64,000 nt of DNA from Candidatus Binatia bacterium (GTDB lineage: Bacteria > Desulfobacterota > Binatia > Bin18): contig OY761159.2 in the NCBI GenBank assembly GCA_963664395.2, forward strand, positions 4,616,280-4,680,279, written 5' to 3'. Below the pieces are notes generated by a model that was given only the letters and a program-made list of their open reading frames with translations, had not been told where the DNA came from and ran no database searches. This document shows positions 37,639 through 47,181 of this stretch, in pieces. Made by a program: the position numbers and the translations under genes. Each line of letters opens with the position of its first letter. The first letter of the stretch is position 1.

Positions 37639-38115
37639 CTAATTGCCGTACTTCTGATCAATAAAATCCCTGATGACTGCCGGTGGGGCTCCTGATTCAA
37701 ATAACGCCTGCGCATCCTGCGCTTCGCTTAAACAGTGCATTCAGCCAGCGGCATGATCGTCCACAAAGCAATCAAGTAGGTTTCCGTGTCCCATGGACTG
37801 ATCACAGCCACAGTAGCAGTGCAGGCCCGCCAACACGTCCGGGATGGTTTGGGCGATGATATAGCCCTCTTTGACTGCTCCGCCGAAGAGGGCTGGAGAT
37901 AATGTGTCAGGCAGACTGGTATGGGTTGGAAGTTTTATGACTGACTTTTTCTTTTCTTGCTCAGGCGGGGTTTCGGGAGCCGTGCTCGTCTCGGCCAAGA
38001 CAAGAGCAGGAGAGAACTCTGGCACATTGAGCCCAGAACCAATCCCCAAGGCGAGCATAAGGGCGACTATCAGATGGATGACCATGCGTACGATCTCCTT
38101 TCGGTATGTGAACAC
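37639..38115 (-). CDS. PCYCGC-motif family protein, candidate selenoprotein (in-frame TGA at 37741..37743 read as Sec)
   Basis: The ORF 37741..38115 (signal/TM segment, HCYCGC motif, ...DCFVDDHAAG) stops at a TGA. A 33-codon ORF (MHCLSEAQDAQALFESGAPPAVIRDFIDQKYGN) continues directly in the same frame. Together they reproduce the family layout, with the TGA at the first Cys of a CxxC. If the TGA is a true stop, the CDS is 37741..38115. Confidence 0.5.
37702..37730 (-). promoter_or_regulatory. Candidate bacterial SECIS-like hairpin
   Basis: The RNA reads UAAGCG-AA-GCGCA-GGA-UGCGC-AGG-CGUUA. It starts 10 nt after the UGA. It has a 5-bp apical stem, a GGA loop and an outer stem of about 5 bp with an internal loop. 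Confidence 0.4.
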
Positions 38116-38208
38116 ACAGGGCCAGTGCTCAGGCTACCACACATCCCTACCCGGCCCAACACTGGAGTTCTGAGTGGCAACCACGCCGCCCTCTTCTCTC
38201 ACATACGG

Positions 38209-38895
38209 CTACAGCACATCAAGGTGCAGGGGCTGGCGCTGGGAAAATGTATAGAGTTGGGCCGGTCGGTGAGCGCCCCGCCTTGTTTTAGAGAGCGGCT
38301 TGAGCAAACCGGAGCTGATAATTTTTCGCCTGAAATTCCGTCGATCCAACTGACGATCGAGAATGATTTCGTAGACCTCCTGCAGTTCCGCAACCGTAAA
38401 TTCCCGCGGCAGGAGACTGTAGACAATATTCGCGTAGCCCAGTTTGCTTTGGAGCCGTTGCAGCGCATATTCGGCTATCGCATTATGATCATAGGCAAGC
38501 GCGGGTAAGTCGTGCACCGGGAACCAATCAATGTCCGCATATTTTTCCCCGAGATGGGGAGTCTGCGCAAGCGGCGGGACGAGCGCAAAATAAGAGACCG
38601 ACACGGTTCGCGCGGATGGGTCTCGGGTAGCACTTCCAAACGTATACAGTTGCTCCAGATAGAGGTCCCGTACTCCTGTTTTTTCATACAGCTCACGCTG
38701 GGCCGCATCGTCGAGCGATTCGTCCAACTGCACAAGGCCACCGGGGAAAGCCCAGCGACCCGCGAATCCACCTTTCTTAATCTTCACCAAAAGAGCGCGT
38801 AAGGCACCCTGAGTGATGGTAAAGAGCACCGAGTCAACGGCTACACGCGGATGAATTTGTTTTGCGGTACGCTGGCCTCCGTTTGATCTGCCCAC
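38209..38895 (-). CDS. nrtR: NrtR-type Nudix-related transcriptional regulator (Nudix domain plus C-terminal winged helix)
   Basis: Nudix box region FPGGLVQLDESLDDAAQRELYEKTGV, and a C-terminal DRRNFRRKI...L motif typical of NrtR. Lies 9 nt downstream of nadA. Confidence 0.8.
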   Translation of the reverse strand: MGRSNGGQRTAKQIHPRVAVDSVLFTITQGALRALLVKIKKGGFAGRWAFPGGLVQLDESLDDAAQRELYEKTGVRDLYLEQLYTFGSATRDPSARTVSVSYFALVPPLAQTPHLGEKYADIDWFPVHDLPALAYDHNAIAEYALQRLQSKLGYANIVYSLLPREFTVAELQEVYEIILDRQLDRRNFRRKIISSGLLKPLSKTRRGAHRPAQLYTFSQRQPLHLDVL

Positions 38896-38904
38896 AGGAG
38901 CACA

Positions 38905-39918
38905 CTATGCATTGAGTTCAAGCATGCGGTCAAGTGAACGCTGGGCACCGATACGCGTCTCTTCCGGCAGCGTAATCTCAAAACGTCCTTCACGCAGAGA
39001 GTCACGCACCCCTTCGAGCGTAATCATCTTCATGTAGGCACACAATTTACAGCTCTTGTAGAATTTCTTTTCTGGGACTTCCAACAGCAAGCGGTCCGAC
39101 AGGCCGCACTCCGTGACGATCAGAAACTCTTGAGCCGGGCTTTCTTTGGCGTAGCGCATCATCGCACTCGTTGAGAGGACGGCATCGGCTAATGCGATCA
39201 CATCTTCCCGGCACTCGGGATGGACGAGCACTGACACCTGCGGGAGTTTGTCCCGTACCTCTTGAATCTGCTCCGGCGTGATCTGATGATGAACGTAGCA
39301 GTTGCCCTCCCACGCAATAATGTTCTTGTGGGTTTCGTTTTGGACATAGCGGGCCAAGTTCTCATCTGGCACAAAGAGGATGTTCTCCGTGTCGAGCGCC
39401 TCTACTACTTGGACCGCATTCGACGAGGTGCAACACACATCAGACTCGGCTTTGACATCCGCAGTCGTGTTGACGTAGCAGACCACTTGGAGATCGGGAT
39501 ACACTTTGCGTAGCTCTTCTTTCCGATCAGCCAAGGCATCCCCCGTAATACTCTCAGCCAGGGAGCAACCAGCCCGCAGGTCAGGGAGTAGTACTGTTCG
39601 CTCAGGATTCACGATCTTGGCGGTTTCGGCCATAAAGTGGACACCACAAAAGACAACAACCTCAGACTCAACCTGTTTTGACTGGCGGGCTAATTCGAGT
39701 GAATCGCCGATCACGTCAGCCACCTCAAAAATCTCCGGACGTTGGTAATTGTGGGCCAGGATGACGGCGTTATGCTGGTGCTTCAGCTTGTGAATCTCAT
39801 GAATCCAGTCTGCGTATTGGGTGCAAGCGTCCAGCGTATAGCCGCTGTCGAGTTGAGCCAGGTGCTCGTAGAGTTGGTGCGGAGTCTTTTCTTGAGGGCT
39901 GGTCAATCCGTTGTGCAT
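38905..39918 (-). CDS. nadA: Quinolinate synthase
   Basis: 337 aa: ILAHNYQ...VHFMAETAK...CSLA...VVCYVNT...HPEC. Confidence 0.96.
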   Translation of the reverse strand: MHNGLTSPQEKTPHQLYEHLAQLDSGYTLDACTQYADWIHEIHKLKHQHNAVILAHNYQRPEIFEVADVIGDSLELARQSKQVESEVVVFCGVHFMAETAKIVNPERTVLLPDLRAGCSLAESITGDALADRKEELRKVYPDLQVVCYVNTTADVKAESDVCCTSSNAVQVVEALDTENILFVPDENLARYVQNETHKNIIAWEGNCYVHHQITPEQIQEVRDKLPQVSVLVHPECREDVIALADAVLSTSAMMRYAKESPAQEFLIVTECGLSDRLLLEVPEKKFYKSCKLCAYMKMITLEGVRDSLREGRFEITLPEETRIGAQRSLDRMLELNA

Positions 39919-39944
39919 AATCGCTCTCCAGTTGATACGCTTCA

Positions 39945-39990
39945 GTTTGCGTAATATAGACGCATACTTTTACGTCATTCTGACGCAAAC
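39945..39990 (-). promoter_or_regulatory. Nested inverted repeats upstream of nadA (candidate NrtR operator/promoter region)
   Basis: TGCGT-aatatag-ACGCA (39948..39964), CGTCA-ttc-TGACG (39973..39985), and outer arms GTTTGCGT/ACGCAAAC. A TATATT -10-like hexamer (minus strand) lies inside the first repeat. Confidence 0.35.
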
Positions 39991-40023
39991 TAGAGATGGT
40001 TGTCAACCGGAGTGGGAGAAGGC

Positions 40024-41058
40024 TCAGGCGGGCACGGAGTCAACGGCCGGCGGGTGCTCTCGTGGGGAGAGCGGGTGCTGGCTGCGATATTCCAAAAACT
40101 GGCCGACCAGCTGGTAATAGTGCTGCCGGCTACTGAGTTCCTTCATGGCTAAACGCAGCGGCCGACAGGGCCCAAAAGACTTTGCATACCAGTCTATGGT
40201 CTTCCTGAATTGAGTACAAGCCAAGTGCTCTCCTCGCTGCTGCACCGCTCGTTCAAAATGACGTGTCATAAAGGCAACGCGGGCTACTAATGGTGGTGCA
40301 GGCGGAGCCGGCTGCCCCAGCAGGCCGGCCTGAATATCATGGAAGACCCAGGGGTTGGTCAGTGCCCCGCGGCCGATCACAAGACCCGCGCAGCCCGTTT
40401 CTTCCAGCATATGTTTCGCTGTTTCCGCGTCACACACATCGCCGTTTCCGAAAACGGGCATGGCCTGTACGGATTCCACAACCGAGCGAATACCGTCAAG
40501 ATTGACCGACCCACGAAAGGCTCCTGCTCGCGTTCGTCCGTGAATTGTGAGGGCCGCAACACCCACGTCTTCAAGAATAGGCGCGAGCAGGGGCGCATCA
40601 AGTTGCGTATGGCCCCAGCCCAGGCGCGTCTTTACCGTCACCGGAATTTTGACCGCCCGCGTCACCGTTCGGACGAACGCTCCGGTTTTTTTCGGATCTT
40701 TTAACATGGCCGCGCCGGCGCCGATTTTGATGACCTTTTCAACCGGGCAACCCATGTTGATATCAATGACATCCGCTCCCTGCTCTTCAAGCCAGACTGC
40801 TGCATCCCGGACTTCTTCGGCCACCGGACCAAAGAGTTGGACGCTCAGCGGGCTATCTTCCGGACACGTTTCAATCAGTTCAAACGCGCGACGATTTTTT
40901 TCGAGTAAAGACCGGGCATGGACTAGTTCGGTTGTCGCCAGACCGAAACCACCCACCTCGCGCATACACCACCGAAACGGCAGAGTCGTGTAGCCTGCGA
41001 GGGGGGCCAGGAGCAAATTGGCAGCAAGCGGGAGAGTACCTATCTGTATCGGTGTCAT
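40024..41058 (-). CDS. tRNA-dihydrouridine synthase
   Basis: LAPLAGYTTLPFR...IDINMGCP...VTVKTRLGW...LTIHGRT. Start set at MTPIQIG. Confidence 0.9.
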   Translation of the reverse strand: MTPIQIGTLPLAANLLLAPLAGYTTLPFRWCMREVGGFGLATTELVHARSLLEKNRRAFELIETCPEDSPLSVQLFGPVAEEVRDAAVWLEEQGADVIDINMGCPVEKVIKIGAGAAMLKDPKKTGAFVRTVTRAVKIPVTVKTRLGWGHTQLDAPLLAPILEDVGVAALTIHGRTRAGAFRGSVNLDGIRSVVESVQAMPVFGNGDVCDAETAKHMLEETGCAGLVIGRGALTNPWVFHDIQAGLLGQPAPPAPPLVARVAFMTRHFERAVQQRGEHLACTQFRKTIDWYAKSFGPCRPLRLAMKELSSRQHYYQLVGQFLEYRSQHPLSPREHPPAVDSVPA

Positions 41059-41104
41059 GATTTCAAAGAGACCGTCAACAGTTGAAAAGGAGTAGCGTGC
41101 TTCA

Positions 41105-43030
41105 TTATCGCCGGTCAAACTGGCGTTCGAGCTGGCGCACCGAATAGCGGACCATGGTTGGCCGGCCATGCGGGCAGGTAAATGGTGAGGTACAATCCAG
41201 AAGCGTTTTCACCAGGGCGTGCATGGCCTCCGGGGTCAGCGTCTGGCCGGCTTTAATCGATTTCACCTTGCAGGCGATACGTGCCGCTAAGTCCTCCTGC
41301 TTGGCCTCAATGGAATTATCCGAGCGTCCTTCGGCCTGGGCTTCAGCAAGTTCACGGATCAGGTCCGGAGTATCTGCCGGCCGGAAATAGGCCGGCGCGG
41401 CCTGCACCTGAAAGGAGTTACCCCCAAACGGCTGAATGTCAAAACCGATGAGCGCCAGATAGTCGTGGAGTTCCTCCAATATACCAGATGCGGCGGGAGA
41501 CAAATCAAAGGTAATCGGTATGAGCAAGGGCTGCACCGCGCTGTGCTTGTGTCGCAAGCCGTCAAGCACCTGCTCGTACGTAATACGCTCGTGCGCTGCG
41601 TGCTGATCCACAATCCAGAGTTCGCCTTCCACTTCAACCAAGACAAACAGTTCATGACTCTGCCCGACTACACGAAATTCGGTGCCATCAGGCCGTTGCC
41701 ACAAGGCCGTTTGTAAGGAGGCCGGGGTTAGCGGGGCTGCCTCCGACTCGTGGACCAGCGGCTTGTCCAGCATGCGCAATTTTCGCAAGTCCGGCTCGGA
41801 CTGAGGCGCATAGGAGCCGGGAGAAGGCACGGTCTTTTGGCCTCTTTGGGGTCTCGGATAATCAGCCGGGTCGGGTCTCGGGACCGAGCTGTCTAATGCC
41901 TGACTGTCCGTTCGCGCCTGACTCTCAGCGCGGCGTGGAGACATATCTTTGGTTCGGCTGTCAGCATGTCGATTGCTGTGTGGCAGGTCAGAGCCGGGAA
42001 TATCAATTTTTTTGAACAGGTTGGCTTGATTGAGGTTGTTCCGGACGGTCTGGACGACCAGCCGGAGGAGTTCGCGTTCCGCTTTGAATTTTACTTCGCG
42101 CTTGGTGGGATGGACGTTGACGTCAACCTGGTCAGTCGGGACAGTCAGAAAGAGCACCCCCAGGGGGAAACGGCCCGCCGCTAAGAGTTCCCCGTAGCCG
42201 CGACTCAAGGCAGACGATAAGGGCTGGCTTTTCACCGGACGTTCATTCACGAAGAAGTATTGTCCGGTCCGGGTATTTCGGGTACGGCTGGGTGGACTGA
42301 TGAGGCCAGTTACCCCAACGCCCTCTTCAGCCAAGGTTGCTTCCGCACTCGGGAGCGGGAGGAATTCCCGGGCCCAATCCTTCCCTAAAACCGCACGTGC
42401 ACGCAGGGCGATCTCACCGTGAGGAGGCGCATGAAACACCTCGCGTCCGTCTGACTGAAAGCGGAAGTGTATGGACGGTTGTGACAGCGCCAGGGCAACC
42501 AACACCTCATGCACCTGATGACTTTCGGCGGTCGGTGATTTGAGGAAGGCCCGCCGCGGTGGGGTGTTAAAAAACAAATGGCGCGCGGTCACCGTCGTTC
42601 CCCGCGAACAGCCAGCAGGGGTTGTCTCTATAGGCGCACCACCGGCCGCCCGAACGCGCACACCTTCAATGGCATCCGTTGTCCGCGAGAGCAATTCGAC
42701 CTGCGTGACAGCCGCAATGCTCGCCAGCGCCTCACCCCGAAATCCTAAGCTTGTCAGGAGAAAGAGATCATTGCTGGATTGTATTTTACTGGTCGCGTGG
42801 CGCTGGAAGGCGAGCGGCGCATCCTCCGGCGTCAGGCCGCTCCCGTCGTCTTGGACGACGATTTCATCGATCCCGCCTTTGGTAATCGACACGCTGATTG
42901 AGCGCGCGCCGGCGTCAATCGCATTTTCGACCAGTTCTTTGACAATCGAGGCCGGACGCTCAATGACTTCGCCAGCCCGGAGCTGCTCAATCGTGTGCGA
43001 ATCCAGCAGATGAATACGGTCCATGCCCAT
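41105..43030 (-). CDS. mutL: DNA mismatch repair protein MutL
   Basis: [25 protein letters not shown] GHKL motif and a C-terminal dimerisation domain ending in CPHGRP. Confidence 0.95.
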   Translation of the reverse strand: [641 protein letters not shown]

Positions 43031-43038
43031 GCCTCAGA

Positions 43039-45558
43039 CTATGACTCGCGCGCTTGCCCAAACAGGCCGAGCTGCGAAGACTTTTCTTTCACTATGGTCC
43101 GTGCTTTACCCGCACTTCTCCGAGAACGTTTTTTGGCTGGCCGGACCAGCTCTGCCGATCCTTCGAGATCCTTGAGGATTTCTTCTGCTCGCTCCGTCAC
43201 CGCGCGTGGCAGCCCAGCCAGCTTGGCCACATGGATGCCATACGACTGATCTGAAGCTCCGTCGATGACCTTATACAGAAAAACGACCTCGTCCTGCCAT
43301 TCACGCACGGCAAACGTGTAATTCACAAGGCCGGGAAGGAGGCCTTGCAAATCCGTGAGTTCGTGAAAATGCGTGGCAAACAGGGTACGTGGCCGTGGCC
43401 CTTCTCCATCAACCAGGAACTCAATAATCGATCGGGCTATGGACAGGCCATCTGACGTCGATGTTCCACGCCCAATCTCATCCAGCAGCAGGAGACTTCG
43501 TTCCGTAGCCGCGTTCAGGATCTGGGCGGTTTCAATCATTTCTACGGCAAACGTGCTCTCTCCCAGCGCCAGATTATCGGATGCCCCGATGCGGGTAAAA
43601 ATACGATCCACAATGCCAATCCGGGCGTGCTTGGCCGGCACAAATGCGCCGATTTGAGCCAGCAGCACAATAAGCGCGGCTTGGCGCAAATACACGGATT
43701 TGCCGCTCATATTGGGGGCGGTCAACAGCAGAAACTGGTGATCCGGCCGATTGAGCTGAACATCATTCTCTACAAAAGCGCTCCGTCCCAGCAGCGACTC
43801 AACAACGGGATGCCGTCCACCAACGATCGACAGCTCAGCTGTATCTGACATTTCAGGTCGAACGTAGTGCTGATTGACCGCCACCCAAGCGAAGCTGGCT
43901 AAGACGTCAAGCTGGGCGCACGCCTGCGCGATAGCTTGAATCTGCGCCACATAGCGGAGAACCAGCTCGCATAACTCGGTAAAGAGTTCCTGCTCCAGGG
44001 CAACCGAACGTTCCTGGGCGTTGAGAATTTGATCCTCGTATTCTTTTAATTCAGGCGTAACAAATCGCTCCGCGTTGGCGAGGGTTTGTTTTCGCATATA
44101 CGAGTCAGGGACCTTATTGAGCTGGGTCTTGGAGACTTCCAGATAGTAACCAAAGACCCGGTTATAACCAATCCGGAGCGAGGGAATCCCCGTGCGCTCA
44201 CTTTCTCGCGCTTGGAGCGCTGCCAGCCATTGCTTGGCATCCGAGGCAATCGATTGCAAGCGATCCAGTTCCGCATGATAGCCTGGAGCAAAGACACCCC
44301 CTTCTCGGAGGTGGACGGGCGGCGCCTCGACCAAGGCACGCGCCAGGGTGCCCGGTAAGGGGCCGAGATCGGCTTGCAGGCGTGCACGCTGTCTGCTCAG
44401 CAGAGGACTGCGGACTGTTTCAAGCGCTCGGCTTACACCAGGAATTTGAGCCAGTGAGTCTCGCAACGCGGCGCTGTCTTTGGGATTCGCCACTCGACAG
44501 CTAAAACGGGCGGCCAAGCGTTCCAGATCACGGATGGGACCTAGCGCGCTACGGGCGGCTTCCAGCACCGCAGGCGCATTGACGTACTCATCCACCCCAG
44601 CATGGCGGGCTTCAATAGCGGAGACGGACAAGAGAGGATTCCTCAACCAATACTGCAAAAGTCGCCGGCCCATTGGCGTGACCGTGTCATCCAGTACGTC
44701 GATCAGTGTCCGGCCACGGATATCAGGGTTCGCCGGCCGAAAGAGCTCAAGACTGCGCTCGACTATCGGGCCAAGCAGCATGGTTTCGCCGGTTTGGAGC
44801 CGTTTTGGCAGGCCAATATGCGGCAGGCTGACCCGCATATGCTGTTGGAGAAAACGGAGCACCAGGGCGATTGCGATGGTTGTTTCCGTGTCCAATTCCA
44901 ACGCGCGTAGAGAATCCAGCCCAAAAAAGGTCTGAATACACTCTACGCTGTCATCCACGGCACCATGCCAGTCTTCCAGCGTTGTCAGGGTGCTCTGGGC
45001 TTGACCGCTCCGATACCCGGCAAGGGCGGGATGCTCGGCCATGCCCTTGGTTATGACCATCTCACGAGGCGCGAGATGGCCGAGCGTGTCGGCAATGGCA
45101 GACTCTGTCTCATTCCAGAATTGGAACGCGCCGGTCGTTGGTTCGAGGAGCGCCAGCCCCCACTGTCCTCCGCGTGCAAACATCCCCAGCAAGGTCGGAC
45201 TTGCTCCGTCAGCATCGTTTTCAACATAGGTTGAAGGCGTAATCACACGCGTGACTGCACGCTTGACCAAGCCCTTGGCTGTTTTAGGGTCTTCGACCTG
45301 TTCACACAGAGCGACTTTCTTCCCCGCCTTGACCAGACGCGCGATATACCCCTGTACGGCATGGTGGGGCACTCCGCACATAGGGACCTTACCGTCTCCG
45401 CCGTCGCGGGCGGTCAGCGTTAAATCGAGTAAATCCGCGGCAAGAGGCGCATCATCAAAGAATACCTCGTAGAAGTCTCCCAAGCGGAACAAAACAATCG
45501 CGTCCTGATGCTGCTGCTTCACCGACGAGTATTGCTGCATCAGGGGGGTCAAGGCCAT
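43039..45558 (-). CDS. mutS: DNA mismatch repair protein MutS
   Basis: TPLMQQY, FYE mismatch-binding motif (GDFYEVF), Walker A TAPNMSGKS, DEIGRGTST. Confidence 0.97.
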   Translation of the reverse strand: MALTPLMQQYSSVKQQHQDAIVLFRLGDFYEVFFDDAPLAADLLDLTLTARDGGDGKVPMCGVPHHAVQGYIARLVKAGKKVALCEQVEDPKTAKGLVKRAVTRVITPSTYVENDADGASPTLLGMFARGGQWGLALLEPTTGAFQFWNETESAIADTLGHLAPREMVITKGMAEHPALAGYRSGQAQSTLTTLEDWHGAVDDSVECIQTFFGLDSLRALELDTETTIAIALVLRFLQQHMRVSLPHIGLPKRLQTGETMLLGPIVERSLELFRPANPDIRGRTLIDVLDDTVTPMGRRLLQYWLRNPLLSVSAIEARHAGVDEYVNAPAVLEAARSALGPIRDLERLAARFSCRVANPKDSAALRDSLAQIPGVSRALETVRSPLLSRQRARLQADLGPLPGTLARALVEAPPVHLREGGVFAPGYHAELDRLQSIASDAKQWLAALQARESERTGIPSLRIGYNRVFGYYLEVSKTQLNKVPDSYMRKQTLANAERFVTPELKEYEDQILNAQERSVALEQELFTELCELVLRYVAQIQAIAQACAQLDVLASFAWVAVNQHYVRPEMSDTAELSIVGGRHPVVESLLGRSAFVENDVQLNRPDHQFLLLTAPNMSGKSVYLRQAALIVLLAQIGAFVPAKHARIGIVDRIFTRIGASDNLALGESTFAVEMIETAQILNAATERSLLLLDEIGRGTSTSDGLSIARSIIEFLVDGEGPRPRTLFATHFHELTDLQGLLPGLVNYTFAVREWQDEVVFLYKVIDGASDQSYGIHVAKLAGLPRAVTERAEEILKDLEGSAELVRPAKKRSRRSAGKARTIVKEKSSQLGLFGQARES

Positions 45559-45771
45559 GGTATTCTTCTCCGTTACCCGTGTGTCTGCTACTATTTGCTA
45601 CTATCTGCTATTTGGGGCAGGGTGTTTTTTCTTCTTATATGCTTTCTCCTTGCCCAGCCAGTCCAACCTTGCCCGACTTGCCAGCCCTTGATCTCACGTC
45701 GTAAAGTTGGAGCATTGACGAGGGTCCATAACGGCCGTTGATTAACAGACAAAGCAGAAAGGATATCAGCC

Positions 45772-46926
45772 ATGACTGAGCTCGACACAGAACAACAACA
45801 AATCCTGTCCACGCTCAACCGTTTCGTTGAGCGCGAGGTCAAGCCAGTCGCCAGCGAAATGGAGCACCGCGACGAATACCCGCACGCCTTGGTCGAGCGG
45901 ATGAAGGAGCTCGGTCTATTCGGTGCGATTATCCCAACCGAGTATGGTGGTATGGGACTGTCCTTTACGACGTATGCCATGATTATTGAAGAAATCTGCC
46001 GCGGCTGGATGAGCCTGACCGGCGTCCTGAACTCGCACCTGCTGTTCGCTCACATCTTGGCCCTGTTCGGAACAGAAGAGCAAAAACAGCGTCTCCTGCC
46101 GGCTATGGCCACCGGAGAAAAACGCGGCGGCCTCGCCCTGACCGAGCCGCATGCCGGGAGCGATGTGCAACGCATCCGCACAACGGCAAAGAAGCAGGGA
46201 GACAACTATCTGATCAACGGCTCTAAAATGTTTATTACCAATGCGCGTCATGGCAATATTCTGGCTGTCGCCGCCAAGACGAACCCGGAAGCTGAGCCAG
46301 CCTATGCGGGCATCAGCCTGTTCGCTGCTGAGAAAGGCGCTCCGGGACTGACGGTGAGTCGGGATATCAAGAAACTGGGGTATAAGGGTCTGGATACGTG
46401 TGAACTCGCCTTTGAGGACTTTCCGACGCCAGCCAGCTCCCTTATCGGCGGGGAAGAGGGACTGGGATTCAAGCAGGTGATGCACGGCTTGGAAGTTGGT
46501 CGGATCAATGTTGCGGCGCGGGCGGTCGGCGTAGCCCAGGCCGCATTTGAGGAAGCGATTCGGTATTCCCAGCAGCGCGAAACGTTCGGCAAGCCGATTT
46601 GTGAACATCAGGCCATTCAGCTCAAGCTGGCCGATATGGCAACCAAGATCGAAGCCTCCCGCTTACTGGTCCGGCAGGCCGCCGATAAGAAAGACAGAGG
46701 CGAGCGGTGCGACCTGGAAGCCGGTATGGCGAAACTGTTTGCATCTGAGGCGTGTGAAGAAGTCGCCCTGGAAGCCATGCGCGTGCTGGGCGGGTATGGC
46801 TACACTCAGGAGTTTCCGGTCGAGCGTTTTTATCGGGACGCGCCCCTCATGCTTATTGGGGAAGGCACGAACGAAATTCAGAAAATTGTGATCGCCCGCA
46901 ATCTCCTGAAAAAATATCGAATATAG
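45772..46926 (+). CDS. Acyl-CoA dehydrogenase
   Basis: 384 aa: LTEPHAGSD, GSKMFITN, C-terminal IGEGTNEIQ. Confidence 0.93.
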   Translation: MTELDTEQQQILSTLNRFVEREVKPVASEMEHRDEYPHALVERMKELGLFGAIIPTEYGGMGLSFTTYAMIIEEICRGWMSLTGVLNSHLLFAHILALFGTEEQKQRLLPAMATGEKRGGLALTEPHAGSDVQRIRTTAKKQGDNYLINGSKMFITNARHGNILAVAAKTNPEAEPAYAGISLFAAEKGAPGLTVSRDIKKLGYKGLDTCELAFEDFPTPASSLIGGEEGLGFKQVMHGLEVGRINVAARAVGVAQAAFEEAIRYSQQRETFGKPICEHQAIQLKLADMATKIEASRLLVRQAADKKDRGERCDLEAGMAKLFASEACEEVALEAMRVLGGYGYTQEFPVERFYRDAPLMLIGEGTNEIQKIVIARNLLKKYRI

Positions 46927-47181
46927 AGGGGCCGCGGGGACGATCTTTGTTTTTTCACGATTCTGTCACCTAGGTGCCACTCGCTGCATAGCTTCTGGCT
47001 TGGAATGCCTGATTCTTTTGTGTATTGTGATTAAAAGAATCGACTGTTTTAACTGTTCGCTATGGTTTTCTACCAACACAGGTCGTACTCACAAGTCGGC
47101 CCTTCCCTCTAACTGAACGTTACATTTTTGCGTCGAATGGAGCATACTTCTCGGAGCAGTGCACCGAGTCGGGAGAAGAAT

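Noticed and set aside
46927-47181. A possible riboswitch or ncRNA in the AT-rich leader before EF-G, and similar gaps at 50705..50906 and 36628..36768
   Set aside because: I recognised no conserved riboswitch core or convincing structured element. Only short, weak hairpins were seen.
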